Shown in pieces: positions 11,564 through 24,567 of a stretch of 64,000 nucleotides of DNA (positions within the stretch are counted from its first letter, which is position 1; each line of letters begins with the position of its first letter). The stretch comes from Podarcis tiliguerta (lineage: Eukaryota). The notes below the pieces were generated by a model, which made no database searches, had not been told where the DNA came from, and saw only the letters and a program-made list of their open reading frames with translations. Made by a program: the position numbers and the translations under genes. Location: the NCBI GenBank assembly GCA_965153285.1, contig OZ229114.1, one strand, 5' to 3'.

Positions 11564-12146
11564 GTAAAGTTTTCCTTTTTTCAACAATCTCCAGATAATA
11601 CCGTACCCAGCTCAAGAAAAGCTGGTAAGATATCTTCATAGTTGTCTTCCTTACAGTCCCGAGCCTTCACAACCTTCACCGCCTCTGCTAGCAGCAGCCC
11701 CCCTTGCATGAGACATGGGTTTCCTTTGGCACTCCTTTAACATGACGAGGCCTTGGGCCTAGTTCTCACAGGTGATAAATTTGAATCTGGGTTGCACCAG
11801 TTGAGGCTGCATATGGCAGAATGCTGTTCCATTAAAAAAAAAAATGAAAGATATTCTCCACATAGAAGATTATCCTGGATTTCTAATGTACAGGGATTTT
11901 TTATTTTTTTGCAAAGATGCTGTTACTCCTGTGAGTCTCTGCTTGGAGTTTGAAGCAGGCCAGGCCAGTCACAGGTTTGCTAGTCAATGAGAAGCTGGGA
12001 ATGACAAAGACGTCCACAGACTAGGAGTGGGAAGGGCTGAAAGAGCAGCAAGCTCACTTCCAAAAGAGAGGACTCCTGAAGGTTACACGGTCAACCTGGG
12101 ACCCAGAAGTATCATGTTCTTGCTAACCTGAGTCCTTTTGCTTCAG

Positions 12147-12276
12147 AGCCAGGACTGCACTGCAGCAGCTTTGGCTTGCAGCAAGATACTGAAGGAGCTG
12201 TCCAAGGAGGAAGATGACACTGACAGCACAGAGGAAATGCTGAGCCTGGCAGAGGAGTATGAGTACCGAGCCATTG
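12147..12276 (+). CDS. TRPM2: TRPM2 exon ~13
   Basis: cttcag acceptor; SQDCTAAALACSKILKELSKEEDDTDSTEEMLSLAEEYEYRAI; gtgagt donor. Confidence 0.95.
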
Positions 12277-13175
12277 GTGAGTCTGGGCTGGTAGGCATCT
12301 GATCAGGGCACGTTAAGTCCTCCAACTTACTGGATGCTTTCCTGTGATACCTACTCTGTCTCCCCTGCTCATACTACAGACCACCATAGCATTATCTCAT
12401 GAAAGGCTAGATCCCTCAGTACAACTACACAGATCCTATAGATTCAGTTCATTCTGAAACATGGGCGTTTTGTATGTAAATGCTCTGTAAGCAATGATCC
12501 CAACAACAGGTGAACACTGGGATCAAGAAGCTACACTACAACTATGCCTGTTCCCTAAGTTGCTTTTAGAGCTCCCCCCCCCCCCAACACATATCCTACT
12601 TCCTGAGCTCTTTGACTCTGGTAAGCCACACCCATAGTTGTAGTCTCTGTTTCTATGACTAGAAATGCAGTGTCATACTGGTACTATTGCTTATTATGTC
12701 CCTGCAATGCACATGATGCTCACCTGTGACCTGTGATAAGGCTGAGAGGCACAGGGCTTGTCCACACTTCCTCTCACCCCACCGCTTTTCCCTCAGGGAA
12801 ACCTGTTTTTACTGCTGAATCAGAGCAAATGTCAGTTGGGGTTTTCTGTGGACTAACGTTTGCTTTCATTCAGTGGTAAAAGCAGAGATAGTGGCATGGC
12901 TGATGGAAAACCCCTCAGTCCTGTGCTTTCTAGGACCACAGTGGCTGGCCAAGGTCACCCAGAGAGCTTCATGCCTGAGTAGGGATTGCAAACCAGGCTC
13001 TCCAGTCCTGTGGCTTTCTCAGTCTTGGCTGTTAAGTTTGTTACGTAGCAGCTCACTAATCCTCAGGCTAAGCTACCTCACAGGCTTGTTTGAGGTGGAA
13101 GTGCTTTTCAGAGAACCTGTGGGAGAGAAATACAAAAGAAATAATAAGAATCTCTAATCCCGGTTACTCTTCTAG

Positions 13176-13321
13176 GTGTCTTCACTGAATGTTACCGGAA
13201 GGATGAAGAAAGAGCCCAAAAACTGTTGATCCGCATATCTGATGCTTGGGGGAAGACCACCTGCTTACAACTAGCCCTGGAGGCCAAAAATATGAAATTT
13301 GTGTCTTATGGGGGCATCCAG
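13176..13321 (+). CDS. TRPM2: TRPM2 exon ~14
   Basis: ttctag acceptor; (G)VFTECYRKDEERAQKLLIRISDAWGKTTCLQLALEAKNMKFVSYGGIQ; gttgga donor. Confidence 0.95.
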
Positions 13322-14478
13322 GTTGGAGTGCTTACTGACAAAACTTTGTTGCTTAAATAGTAATGTTAATCTGATTTACAGCTAACTGTGCAATATGTAG
13401 CCCCAACAGAATGGATTAACTGAAATACTTAAAAGAGAGACCACTGTTGGGGAAACATTACCCAATTTTCACCCTTTAATTAAAGTAACCATCTCTGTTG
13501 CTACTACTGCCTGAGGAACTTCAGACCTCACTATGCATGGCCATTGCTGCTGATGCTCCATTGACAGAAAAGGTCACCATTCTCTAAGTACAGTTCCATT
13601 TGGCTACTGGGAAACTTTGGCTGCCCCTTTAAGAATTCCTGTGTTGTAGTTCCTGCTTCTCCATTGAGGGTGAACACTCAGGGTTTGAACTGCAGAAATA
13701 CTGCAGAAACTCTACAGCAAAGAGCAGGCCTTTTAGAACAAGTAATGGTGGAAAATTATAAAGCAATACTACCAGGACTACATTAGTTCATATCTAAAAA
13801 AATAAGAGAAATATCATCTAGGTTTTCAGAAACAAATGAGTGAGTGAGTGAACATTAGAAAAGCCCCACTATATGAGACCAAACGCCTACTAGTCCTGCA
13901 TTCTGTTTTCAGAGTGGGTAACCAAATGCACCAGGAAGAATGGTGTTGAATGTAGAGGGGGGGGGGAGCTATTGTGGAAACACCATTCATTCTAGGTTGC
14001 AGATGTGGAATCAGTGTGTGATTTGGGGGCACAGCAGTTAAGTCAAGGCCTACAGTTACTGTGTGGTCTAAATTTTCCCGATAGGTGGGTGTCCTTGTAC
14101 TGCCAGTGATTCTGACTCAGCTAACAACACAGCTCATGCTTGTGTGCATCCTTCTGGGTCCTGAGATCCACACATGATGGCCACTTTCATTTTGCCAGAG
14201 CAAGTGACAAGCCCTATCACCCTCCTTTGTTACCTTTGCCAAGTTCAAACCACACGAATTTCTGGCATTCTTTTTACCACAGGCACAGTCATGCTATTTA
14301 GCATTTGTCCTCTATTCTTTGGCATAAAGCCCACAGACTTTCAGCAGAGAATGTTGCCTGCTGTCCTCCCTGCAAATTGATCCCCAAGTATGTCCCATCT
14401 TTTGCCTTCTGTTCTTGACCTTACCCAGGACATGGGAAACAGGCCTCAACCTTCATTGCACTGTGTTCCTTTTTCTAG

Positions 14479-14591
14479 GCTTTCTTAACCAAAGTTTGGT
14501 GGGGCAAGCTGAGTGTCGATAATGGGATATGTCGGGTCATCATGTGTATGTTGTTCTTCCCCCTTCTCTACACTGGCCTCATCACATTCAG
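14479..14591 (+). CDS. TRPM2: TRPM2 exon ~15 (pre-S1)
   Basis: ttctag acceptor; AFLTKVWWGKLSVDNGICRVIMCMLFFPLLYTGLITF(R); gtactt donor. Confidence 0.95.
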
Positions 14592-14746
14592 GTACTTGTC
14601 AGGGCTTGACTGCACCACTCTCTGGCATGGAGATTCAGTTCTCACATTTTTGTACTGCATAGTGGCAGCTATGACCAGTCCACTCTTAACAATTCTCTGG
14701 TATCTCCTCCAAAGATGTAAAACTATATCATTCTTTCTTTTCACAG

Positions 14747-14960
14747 AGAGAAGAGGCTGCAGCCTATGACTTGCCTGAACCGCTTCCGAGCCTTCTTTAC
14801 AGCTCCTGTTGTCATCTTCCACCTCAATATCCTTTCCTACTTCACCTTCCTTTGGCTCTTTGCCTATGTGTTGATGATAGATTTCCAGCCAACTCCATCC
14901 TGGCGCGAGTATGTCATCTATTTCTGGCTCTTCTCCTTGGTGTGCGAGGAGACACGGCAG
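14747..14960 (+). CDS. TRPM2: TRPM2 exon ~16 (S1-S2)
   Basis: tcacag acceptor; EKRLQPMTCLNRFRAFFTAPVVIFHLNILSYFTFLWLFAYVLMIDFQPTPSWREYVIYFWLFSLVCEETRQ, ending in the Ca2+-site EExxQ motif; gtattg donor. Confidence 0.96.
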
Positions 14961-15749
14961 GTATTGGCTGTGCAAAGGCGGCTGTGACAATGCAGTTCAG
15001 AAACAGTGCTCTCAAGTGCCTGTTCCCATAGGCTATGTGTGGGGAACTTTTTCCAGCCCAAAGGGTCACATACCCTCATAGGCAACCTTCTGGTGGCCAC
15101 AAGACAGTGCCGAATAGTGAGTGAGGCCAGGGCATGACTGGGGACCAAATTGGATAGAGCAATAGATGCTACCTTTGTACACTTTGCCTATATTATATTT
15201 GACTATATTATAGTCTATATAGCCTATATTATATTTGACTATATTATACTCTAGCATTGCAAAAGTCAGGGATTTCTACAGACAAACACACCACAACTCT
15301 CTTCATCCAGGATAGCAAGAGAAGCATCATCATCATCACAGTTCAAGAATACATTTCAGCTATGCAAAGCACTCATGAAGAGTGCTAGGCAGAGACAGGG
15401 ATGTAGCCTGGGGACGAGGCATGGCATGGAGAATCTCAGTGGCCAATTATAGAAACCTTGATGGCCATATTTGTTCTGTGGGCCTGAGATTCCTCCCTCC
15501 CTCCCTAGTCTTCTGGTCCTTTTGAGATTATTGTTTTATGTGTGAGAAATGAGAAAATGTTACTCAGCTTTGGGAATCAACCTCCAAGAAAACTACAGTG
15601 GGGAAGTTGCATTTGATATCCTGGTTTGTAATTAGAGAGCAAGTCCCAATTTTCTGGTTCATATGCAAAAGAGAAGGGAATAGTGCCTTGGCACAATGCT
15701 TTTTTGATCCAATAAACTATGGTTAGTAAAATCATTTCTCTTCCTTCAG

Positions 15750-15868
15750 CTTTTTTATGACCCAGATGGGTTTGGCTTAGTGAAAATGGCTTCCTTGTAC
15801 CTCAACGATTTCTGGAATAAATTAGATGTGTGTGCCATCCTAATCTTTATAGCTGGGCTAAGCTGCAG
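15750..15868 (+). CDS. TRPM2: TRPM2 exon ~17 (S2-S3)
   Basis: cttcag acceptor; LFYDPDGFGLVKMASLYLNDFWNKLDVCAILIFIAGLSC(R); gtgagt donor. Confidence 0.95.
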
Positions 15869-16731
15869 GTGAGTTAATATGCAATGACTCCAGCTAGCTG
15901 GAAAGGGAAGAGAACAAGGCATGTTTGGAAAATGAGTGGGGGTTTTTAAAATCTAAATGCTGATTTATGCTTAATTTTTTCATCAAACTGGATCACTTTG
16001 CCAACGTATGATTGGAGGAGGCTTGTGTTTATGTTGTATTTTTATCCCTCAGTTCAGTCCCCTTTAGATCAATGTATGAGGAAGCTTATAAGCTGCCCAT
16101 TTGCTACCAGGCCCAATTCAACATGTTGATATTAGCATATAACACCCTAAATGACTAAGGGCCCAAACTCTTGAAAGACAATCTCTCCCCTTACCTCTCA
16201 AATCAGGCCCTGTGTTATTCAGGGAAGACCCTTCTTCTGATCATCCTGATGGCTTTATCCATCTTGCTATGATGCAGAATAGGGCCACCCTAGTGGCAGC
16301 GCCCTGGTTGTGGAAGATATGACAGTCATCCTCACTGATCATTTTTAGGAAGCAGCTCTGACATCTCTCAGAAGAATGGTCTAGAAAAATAAGTACATTT
16401 ATGTATGCAAAGCTGCTGCCTGCTATGCCACAGTTCCCTTTAACTGTCTCTTTCATGAATTGGCAGGACTGGAATTGTTGAGCATTTGGCATCACTTGCT
16501 GCTCTTTTCCTGGTTGGAGATCTAATCTCACTCCTGAAACTCCCAACCCAGTTCCCTCTAAGCCTCTTCTATTTCTATGGGTATTTTTCATCTTTTGGCT
16601 GCTGTGCTTGGTTTGCCTTAGGAAATAGTTGTAGCAGGAGCATATGCGCAATCCCCTTTGTTTATTTGAATGACAGTTGTTTGCTGCAGCAGGTTGGACA
16701 CTAGTGCAGAGATATATGGGTCCTTTGGTAA

Positions 16732-16992
<261 letters not shown>

Positions 16993-17010
16993 TGATAAGC
17001 ACCATGGTAA

Positions 17011-17839
<829 letters not shown>

Positions 17840-18746
17840 TATACAGTAAGCTCATAACTTATATGTTTGGCAAAAAATAATCCCCCCAAAATTGAAAGGG
17901 GGTGAGCATCTGGGGAAAAAGACTTTGGCAACCCCACCTGCAATCAAACCCAATGTGTTTTGACTATACAAAATTTGGCTTTAGGCATAATCCCAGGAAC
18001 GTGTAAGTTGTGGGCTGACTGTATTCCAAATAGGCCCAGACCTGACCTCACATGGGGGCACTGTATAAAAAACAGTAAATATGAAGCAATGGTGCAAGCA
18101 ATCGTTAACTAAGTAAGCATGTGATGATCAAGCTTTTTAGAAAAATATGGCTACCTAATATGTTTTTGATTGAGACTGCTCTGGCATAAGCAACCATCAT
18201 GCTGTTATCATGTGTTGCTGACCTTGTACGTGTGATAAAATTATCCCAATGGTGCCTCTTGTGTTATGTAAGTTCTGGTTTGATTAAGTATCATCTGAAG
18301 TATGTGCACCAATATTTGCTTCTTAGTCCCAAGGCAGCTACATCACTGGGTTTCTCAGCCCTTGTTCTTAGGCTGCTGCTATAAATAGCACTTCAAGCAA
18401 ATACAGGGTCCCCAGGAGATGAGCTCCTGTGACATGTCTCTGGCAGCAATTCACTGGCAGCACATCTTTAATAACATTTCTCAGAGGGAGGAAGAAAAGT
18501 GTGTGATTATGTGAATCTCCTCTCAGATTAGCTCCTGCTTTCATATCAGTCAGTAAAGGACTGAGTCATTCATTCCATACCTTCGAAAAACTTTGTTTTC
18601 TAAACTCTAAACAGAGCTTGACGTCTGTCATTCTGTGTTATAGATATGGCATTTCAGATTACTCTCAGCAGGCAAGAAAATAGGATGAGGACTTCCTGTT
18701 CCAGGAACAGCTCAGCACTTTTGAGGTTCATTGTGTTTTATGGCAG

Positions 18747-18930
18747 GAGTGAACTTCAACCCGGATCAGTGCAGCCCAAATGGTACTGACCCATACAAGC
18801 CCAAGTGCCCGGAAAACAATGAGACAAATCAACAGCCCATCTTCCCTGAGTGGCTGACAGTCATCTTGCTCTGCCTGTACCTGCTATTCACCAACATCCT
18901 TCTCCTCAATCTCCTCATTGCAATGTTCAA
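18747..18930 (+). CDS. TRPM2: TRPM2 exon ~20 (pore turret, S6)
   Basis: tggcag acceptor; (G)VNFNPDQCSPNGTDPYKPKCPE...FPEWLTVILLCLYLLFTNILLLNLLIAMF(N); gtgagt donor. Confidence 0.96.
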
Positions 18931-19348
18931 GTGAGTTCTACATTCAGCACCAACTTCTATCATTTCTTTCCCCTTAGTTCATTTCTAACAACAATGAGAC
19001 TGACAGGCCTAGAAAACCTGTCATGGTCACTGCCCTTTGATCAACTAAGCTTCTTGTGATTTACATCAAGCCCAGGTTGCCAAATTGCAACATGCACAGA
19101 ACCCAACTAGAGGTTGCATGGGCCAGTTCAGGACATCACTTGAGCAGCTAAGCAGAGGTAGTATTAATGGATAGTAGCAGGCAGTTCTGCAAGATGCCTC
19201 CACAATTCAGAATGGAGATGTGCTTCTGCAAAACTTTGCCCCTCCACCACTACTTATGGGATGTTTAGGAGAGGACCACCACACTCTAGATGTATTTAAA
19301 TTACAACCACAGAGTGGCAGAGCTAACTCTTGTATTCTTTTCTCCCAG

Positions 19349-19530
19349 CTACACATTCCAGCAGGTGCAGGAGCACACTGATCAAATCTGGAAGTTTCAG
19401 CGCCATGACCTGATTGAGGAGTACCATGGCAGGCCCCCTGCTCCACCACCCTTCATTCTTCTCAACCACCTTCAGCTCTTCATCAAGCGGGTCATTCTCC
19501 GGAAGCCAGCCACACGGCATAAGCAACTCA
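19349..19530 (+). CDS. TRPM2: TRPM2 exon ~21 (TRP box)
   Basis: tcccag acceptor; [60 protein letters not shown] with WKFQR TRP box; gtaaga donor. Confidence 0.96.
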
Positions 19531-20018
19531 GTAAGAAGCTCTGCTGGGTAGGGCCTTGCAGAGTGGGTGTTGCAGGGTCAGCTTGACTGGAGTTATGATA
19601 TGATGATACCCCCTCCATCACTGCTGACCATTTTTATGATGATCTGTGACATTCATCAATACTGGAAGGGAGGAGATTGAAGCATGTGCTATAACATGGG
19701 ACACCAGAGCCATTGGTTCTCTTAGTGGACCCTGGAAAACAACAGCAATGTTGCTTGGCTGGCTGGTACCTCAGTCTCCTCTGTGCCTTTCTTCATGTAA
19801 TTCCTACTCCTATGACATTATGGTATGCACAACATGTGAGGGTGACACAGAATGTTTAAAGGCAACAACGGGAATGTCTACATTAACAGCTTTAATCTTA
19901 TTAGAGAAAGGAATATTGTTTTTTACATTGGATTCAAGGGATGGCCAATCTTCCTCTCCTCTTCCATAACTGGGAACTGTGTACATTACATTGCTTCTTC
20001 TGTTTGATTGATCTGCAG

Positions 20019-20151
20019 AAGAGAAGCTTGAGAAGAATGAAGAGGCAGCTCTCTTATCCTGGGAGATGTACATGAAGGAAAACTACCTGCAGCTTCAACA
20101 GTCTCAACAGAAGCAGAACACTGAACAGAAGATCAGTGACACTGCAGAAAG
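20019..20151 (+). CDS. TRPM2: TRPM2 exon ~22 (rib helix)
   Basis: ctgcag acceptor (CAGAAG tandem acceptor); (K)EKLEKNEEAALLSWEMYMKENYLQLQQSQQKQNTEQKISDTAE(R); gtgagg donor. Confidence 0.94.
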
Positions 20152-20547
20152 GTGAGGTACCCTTGCCATGCTAAGTAGTCACCAATGCCAGACCAACTGG
20201 GTATGCTGCTTATGGGTACAACTCAAAAGAACCTGGTGCAGCTAGCACTTCACTCATGTATACTGCTCTTAAGGCCTTGCAGCTGCCAGAAGTCCTCACC
20301 ACTGCCCTACCCTATCCTACTGCTATTTGTTCATCATGACTTAGAATACCACTTAACTGTGGAAATTAGTGTCATAAGCCCAGACTCCATTTTTGAGGTG
20401 ATCCCCATGGACAGTCATAGAAAAACACCCTTACTCATTCATTGGAGCTATAAATGATACACCCAAATGGCAAGTTTTGAGGACTCAGTGGCTATCCATA
20501 GGATACTGCCTGCACCTCTCACTTAACACTGATTTTGTTCCCCCAAG

Positions 20548-20635
20548 AATGGATATGCTGGTAGAAATGCTGGACCTCGATCGGGTGAAAAGGACAGGCC
20601 TGGTGGAGCAGAAGTTGGCATATCTGGAAGAGCAG
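20548..20635 (+). CDS. TRPM2: TRPM2 exon ~23 (coiled coil)
   Basis: cccaag acceptor; MDMLVEMLDLDRVKRTGLVEQKLAYLEEQ; gtgagg donor; phase consistent. Confidence 0.92.
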
Positions 20636-21139
20636 GTGAGGGGTGACTTTTAAGGCTTCCCCACGTGGAGAATGCTGAAGGCTCATGAGGAGGATGGGGT
20701 GAACTGAAGCTTGTCAGTCAATGTCAGGAAACTGGAAAGGGTGGGAAGAAAATAAGATCAGGTGCCCTATCTTGTGTCAGCCACATTACTTCACTGCATT
20801 ACAGAGGTTTCCATACAGAGGAGTCTCTTAAGTGCCAGCTTCTTTCTGCCAGTAACTAGCCAGAGGAAATGTGGCCAATTGTCTGCTCACCTACATGATT
20901 AACCTTATCTAAGTGGAGAGGATGTTCTCTAGGGAAGAAGGGAGATCCATGAATGCTTCACCAGTAAGAACAATGTGTTTACTGGACCAAAATTGGAGAA
21001 AAGATCATTCCCAGGTTCCTTTTTGGGACCTAGACTCACTCAACAGACTAATCTTCTCCCTCCCTACCCCCCTTTCTGGACAGAGGTGCTGGTTGATGAG
21101 TGCAGGCCTTAACAAGTTTGATGTGCTACTTCTTTTTAG

Positions 21140-21227
21140 ATGTTCCAGTTTTCAAAGGCGCTGCGGTGGGTGGTTCACTCACTGTCAAGCAGTGGGTTTG
21201 GATCAGAAGAAGATGTCCCCACCATAG
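21140..21227 (+). CDS. TRPM2: TRPM2 exon ~24
   Basis: ttttag acceptor; MFQFSKALRWVVHSLSSSGFGSEEDVPTI, resembling human ALHWIVRTLRASGFSSEADVPTL; gtatgt donor. Confidence 0.9.
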
Positions 21228-21349
21228 GTATGTCTGGCTACAAATATGAGTCTGAGGACTGTTTCCTCTCTCTCTCTCTCTCTATATATATATAATTTTG
21301 ATTCCGATACTTGTGGTATATAACTACTTTGTACTCATCACTTACGACT

Positions 21350-21493
21350 GCTGGGATAGCTCAGTCAGTAGAGCATGAGCCTCTTAATTTCAGGGTTGTG
21401 GTCTGGAGCCCCACGTTGGGCAAAAGATTCCCACATTGCAGCAGGTTGGACTTGATTAACCTTGTGGTCCCTTCCAACTCGACAGTTCTATGA
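21350..21493 (+). mobile_element. tRNA-Lys(CTT)-derived SINE with CR1-type 3' tail
   Basis: Head GCTGGGATAGCTCAGTCAGTAGAGCATGAGCCTCTTAATTTCAGGGTTGTGGTCTGGAGCCCCACGTTGGGC resembles tRNA-Lys; tail ggttggact...ccttgtggtcccttccaactc...ttctatga matches the CR1 3' end near 58110-58160. Confidence 0.85.
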
Positions 21494-22456
21494 GGGAACA
21501 GCATGAATTGTTTTCAGGTTTCCCAGACATACCATATTTGTCCTTCTGCTTCCCCTGCAGGTATTTTATAAGAGAAACATTCTGAATTATACATGCACAC
21601 ACAAATGCTGTTGTTCATAACGGAAGTGAAATGTGTGTACTGTATTTTCTACTTGGTTTTTGGAACCTGGGTGCAAAACGTGTCACAAGAAGTGGACCTG
21701 AGATGGGCCAATTGCCCAACTTGGTTTGAGCTATACTGAGCAGTACTTTCTCTGGACATGGCAATTATGATTATTTATCCATGTGTCCGTTCTAGTAAAC
21801 TAGCGCTGTCATATTTCAAACAGGGAAGATCTGGACAGAAAAGTTGTTGAGCATTTTAGCAAAATAGCAAACAAAATTGTCATTTTTGAGCTAATCGGCA
21901 AAAGCGGCACTGCTGGCATGGGCTGCCATATGTCCAGTATTCCGGATATGTCCAGGAAATTCCAGACATATGGTAACCCTAAGTAAACAGACAAATCTGG
22001 GACTGAGGTCTACCACTGACAGCCATCCAGATCCAAGGTAGTGGTGATGCTCAATAGGATACCATACTATATTACCTAAACAACGCATGTGTTAGGTATG
22101 GCCCTTAACTGCTGTAATTTCCTTGCTTTTTGGAGCTTGAGAAAGCATGGAAAACCCTTAACATAACATGCTGAAATGTAACTTTTTTTGCTAATTGAAT
22201 TATACCTGTACGAGGAAAACTTGTTTCATTAGGAGGAAAGACTACACAAACAGAATTGTAGACAATGAGTGTGATAGAATTTGCCTTAGTCTAACCAGTT
22301 TTGAATAAAAGACTATATCAGAATACTGTCTTCCAGCAGTGGTTGGTTGGCTAGAAATAAAATAAATTCAAAAAATATAGAGACACAAAAGCATGGCATG
22401 ACAAGATCCACAGTTTGAATATGTGGAGTGTGAAGAAGTCATCTTGTTTGACCTAG

Positions 22457-22608
22457 TTCCTAGCAGAGCCCCTGAGATGAAGGAATGCCATGAAGAGGAT
22501 GTCCCAGAATCTTTTGACACCATGTATCATGTGAGCGCCAGGAACCTCATGTATCCCAGCTCCACTGCTCTCTGCTTTCCTGTACCAGATGAGAAGGTGC
22601 CTTGGGAG
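22457..22608 (+). CDS. TRPM2: TRPM2 exon ~25 (linker and start of NUDT9-H)
   Basis: acctag acceptor gives the required phase 1; (V)PSRAPEMKECHEEDVPESFDTMYHVSARNLMYPSSTALCFPVPDEKVPWE; gtagga donor. Confidence 0.9.
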
Positions 22609-22936
22609 GTAGGAGCTTTATATCTTAGGGAGCAAGATATGGTTTCATATAAAAAAGAAGGAACGATGCCATAAGTCATTATATGTGACCACGGTTGTGC
22701 ATGACTGAGAGCAGAGCTATATTACAATCTTAAGATGGTTTAATAGCCATTACCTCTCCCCAGTAAACCCTGCAAACTGACCTTCTGTGGGGACAGGGGC
22801 ATTAGAAATTTCTAGCAAGAATTTGCCATATTCTCACATTCTATAGTTCTGACACAGGAGAAGCCATGTCAATTAAACTGGCAAAAAATGTATATGGAGA
22901 GGTGATACAGATATTTGTAGTGTATATATGATGCCT

Positions 22937-23612
22937 TTGTTGTTTAGTCGTTTAGTCGTGTCCGACTCTTCGTGACCCCATGGACCAGAGCACGCCAGGC
23001 ACTCCTGTCTTCCACTGCCTCCCGCAGTTTGGTCAGACTCATGTTTGTGGCTTCGAGAACACTGTTCAACCATCTCGTCCTCTGTCGTCCCCTTCTCCTT
23101 GTGCCCTCCATCTTTCCCAACATCAGGGTCTTTTCCAGGGAGTCTTCTCTTCTCATGAGGTGGCCAAAGTATTGGAGCCTCAGCTTCACGATCTGTCCTT
23201 CCAGTGAGCACTCAGGGCTAATTTCCTTAAGAATGGATGCATTTGATCTTCTTGCAGTCCATGAGACTCTCAAGAGTCTCCTCCAGCACCATAATTCAAA
23301 AGCATTAATTCTTCAGCAATCAGCCTTCTTTATGGTCCAGCTCTCACTTCCATACATCACTACCGGGAAAACCATGGCTTTAACTATACGGACCTTTGTT
23401 GGCAAGGTGATGTCTCTGCTTTTTAAGACGCTGTCTAGGTTTGCCATCGCCTTTCTCCCAAGGAGCAGGCGTCTTTTAATTTCGTGGCTGCTGTCACCAT
23501 CTGCAATGATCATGGAGCCCAAGAAAGTAAAATCTCTCACTGCCTCCATTTCTTCCCCTTCTATTTGCCAGGAGGTGATTGGCCCAGTGGCCATGATCTT
23601 CGTTTTTTTGAT
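22937..23612 (-). mobile_element. BovB (RTE-clade LINE), 5'-truncated 3' fragment
   Basis: Minus-strand translation gives BovB-type ORF end (MATGPITSWQIEGEEMEAVRDFTFLGS...KAMVFPVVMYGSESWTIKKA...LEKTLMLGK.EG.RRRGRQR.RW...HGVTKSRTRLND) with one in-frame stop; short (CAA)-type tail. Confidence 0.95.
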
Positions 23613-23621
23613 GCCTATATA

Positions 23622-23625
<4 letters not shown>

Positions 23626-23662
<37 letters not shown>
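23626..23662. repeat. (TG)n microsatellite
   Basis: Directly visible at the BovB 5' junction. Confidence 0.95.
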
Positions 23663-23665
<3 letters not shown>

Positions 23666-24201
23666 ATGCCTATAGACTTCAATTAGAATGTGTGTGTGCA
23701 TGCGCCCCCCCTCCCCAGAATTGGCTTTGGGCTCAACCTTCACTGAAAGTTGATGGTAGCAATATTGTCAGCTTCCCTTGGCACAATAAGAGGGGTCTGA
23801 AGAGAGCCCATGTGCAGTTTTTGCCACGGGTGCATTGCTCATGCATGAGAAAACATACTTACTTGTTTGTTAAGATTATATACGCTGCCCTAAGCTAACA
23901 AGCTTTCATGGTGGCTCACAAGATCATAACAAGATAAAAGTATGAATAACAATCATATATAACATACAGTAACACAGGAAAAAACAAGCAAAAACATGTG
24001 GCACATTAGCTCTGGGAGTATTGTCAGAGCTGCCAAACAAAGAAAAACACACTCCGGAATTTAGATACAGGGAAAGTCATAAATGAAGAACTCTGAGTTC
24101 TTGCTTCTGGGTTCTTATTAATAGATCATGCTTGAAATGTGAATTTGTGCTGCTCTGGAAGACTCGTGAGATATGTCTAAAACATCCTTTCCCCCTGACA
24201 G

Positions 24202-24278
24202 GTAGAGTTTGAGATCTACAACCCTCCCTTCTACAGTGCAGAAAGGCAGGAGAATGCTTCACCTGACTTCCTGAAAGA
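24202..24278 (+). CDS. TRPM2: TRPM2 exon ~26 (NUDT9-H)
   Basis: tgacag acceptor; VEFEIYNPPFYSAERQENASPDFLK(D), resembling human TEFLIYDPPFYTAERKD; gtatgt donor. Confidence 0.92.
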
Positions 24279-24465
24279 GTATGTATGTCCTCAGAGAGTC
24301 AGAAACATACACACACTGTATCTGTACTGTTTTTGCTCTTTCTTCCTCTGTTTATGCCACCCATCTTCTAGTGATTGTATTTCATTGTACTGGTAAAGTA
24401 CTTTGGGTTTGATTTTCATTGACTCGACATGTTGTGGAGATGAAAGCTTTGTCCCTGTCTTTCAG

Positions 24466-24567
24466 CTCTTTAGAGAATCTTTCAAGGATAAATTTCAACA
24501 GTATGGATGGAGATATCAACAGACAGAGCTTCCATGGCACCTATCTTATTGAGGACGGCCTGCCACT
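24466..24567 (+). CDS. TRPM2: TRPM2 exon ~27 (NUDT9-H; 102-nt symmetric exon)
   Basis: tttcag acceptor; SLENLSRINFNSMDGDINRQSFHGTYLIEDGLP(L); gtgagt donor. Confidence 0.93.

Noticed and set aside
15741-15752. Equivalent of the human short isoform TRPM2-S (stop introduced at the exon 16/17 junction)
   Set aside because: The acceptor here is ttccttcag|CTT with no tandem TAG acceptor, so the sequence gives no support for that isoform.
21350-21422. Functional tRNA-Lys(CTT) gene
   Set aside because: The T-loop/B-box is corrupted (GGTCTGGAGCC instead of GGTTCGAGCC), stems have mismatches, and it runs into a CR1-type tail, so it is a SINE.
22972-23898. 308-aa plus-strand ORF
   Set aside because: It is the antisense frame of the BovB fragment running through a TG microsatellite.
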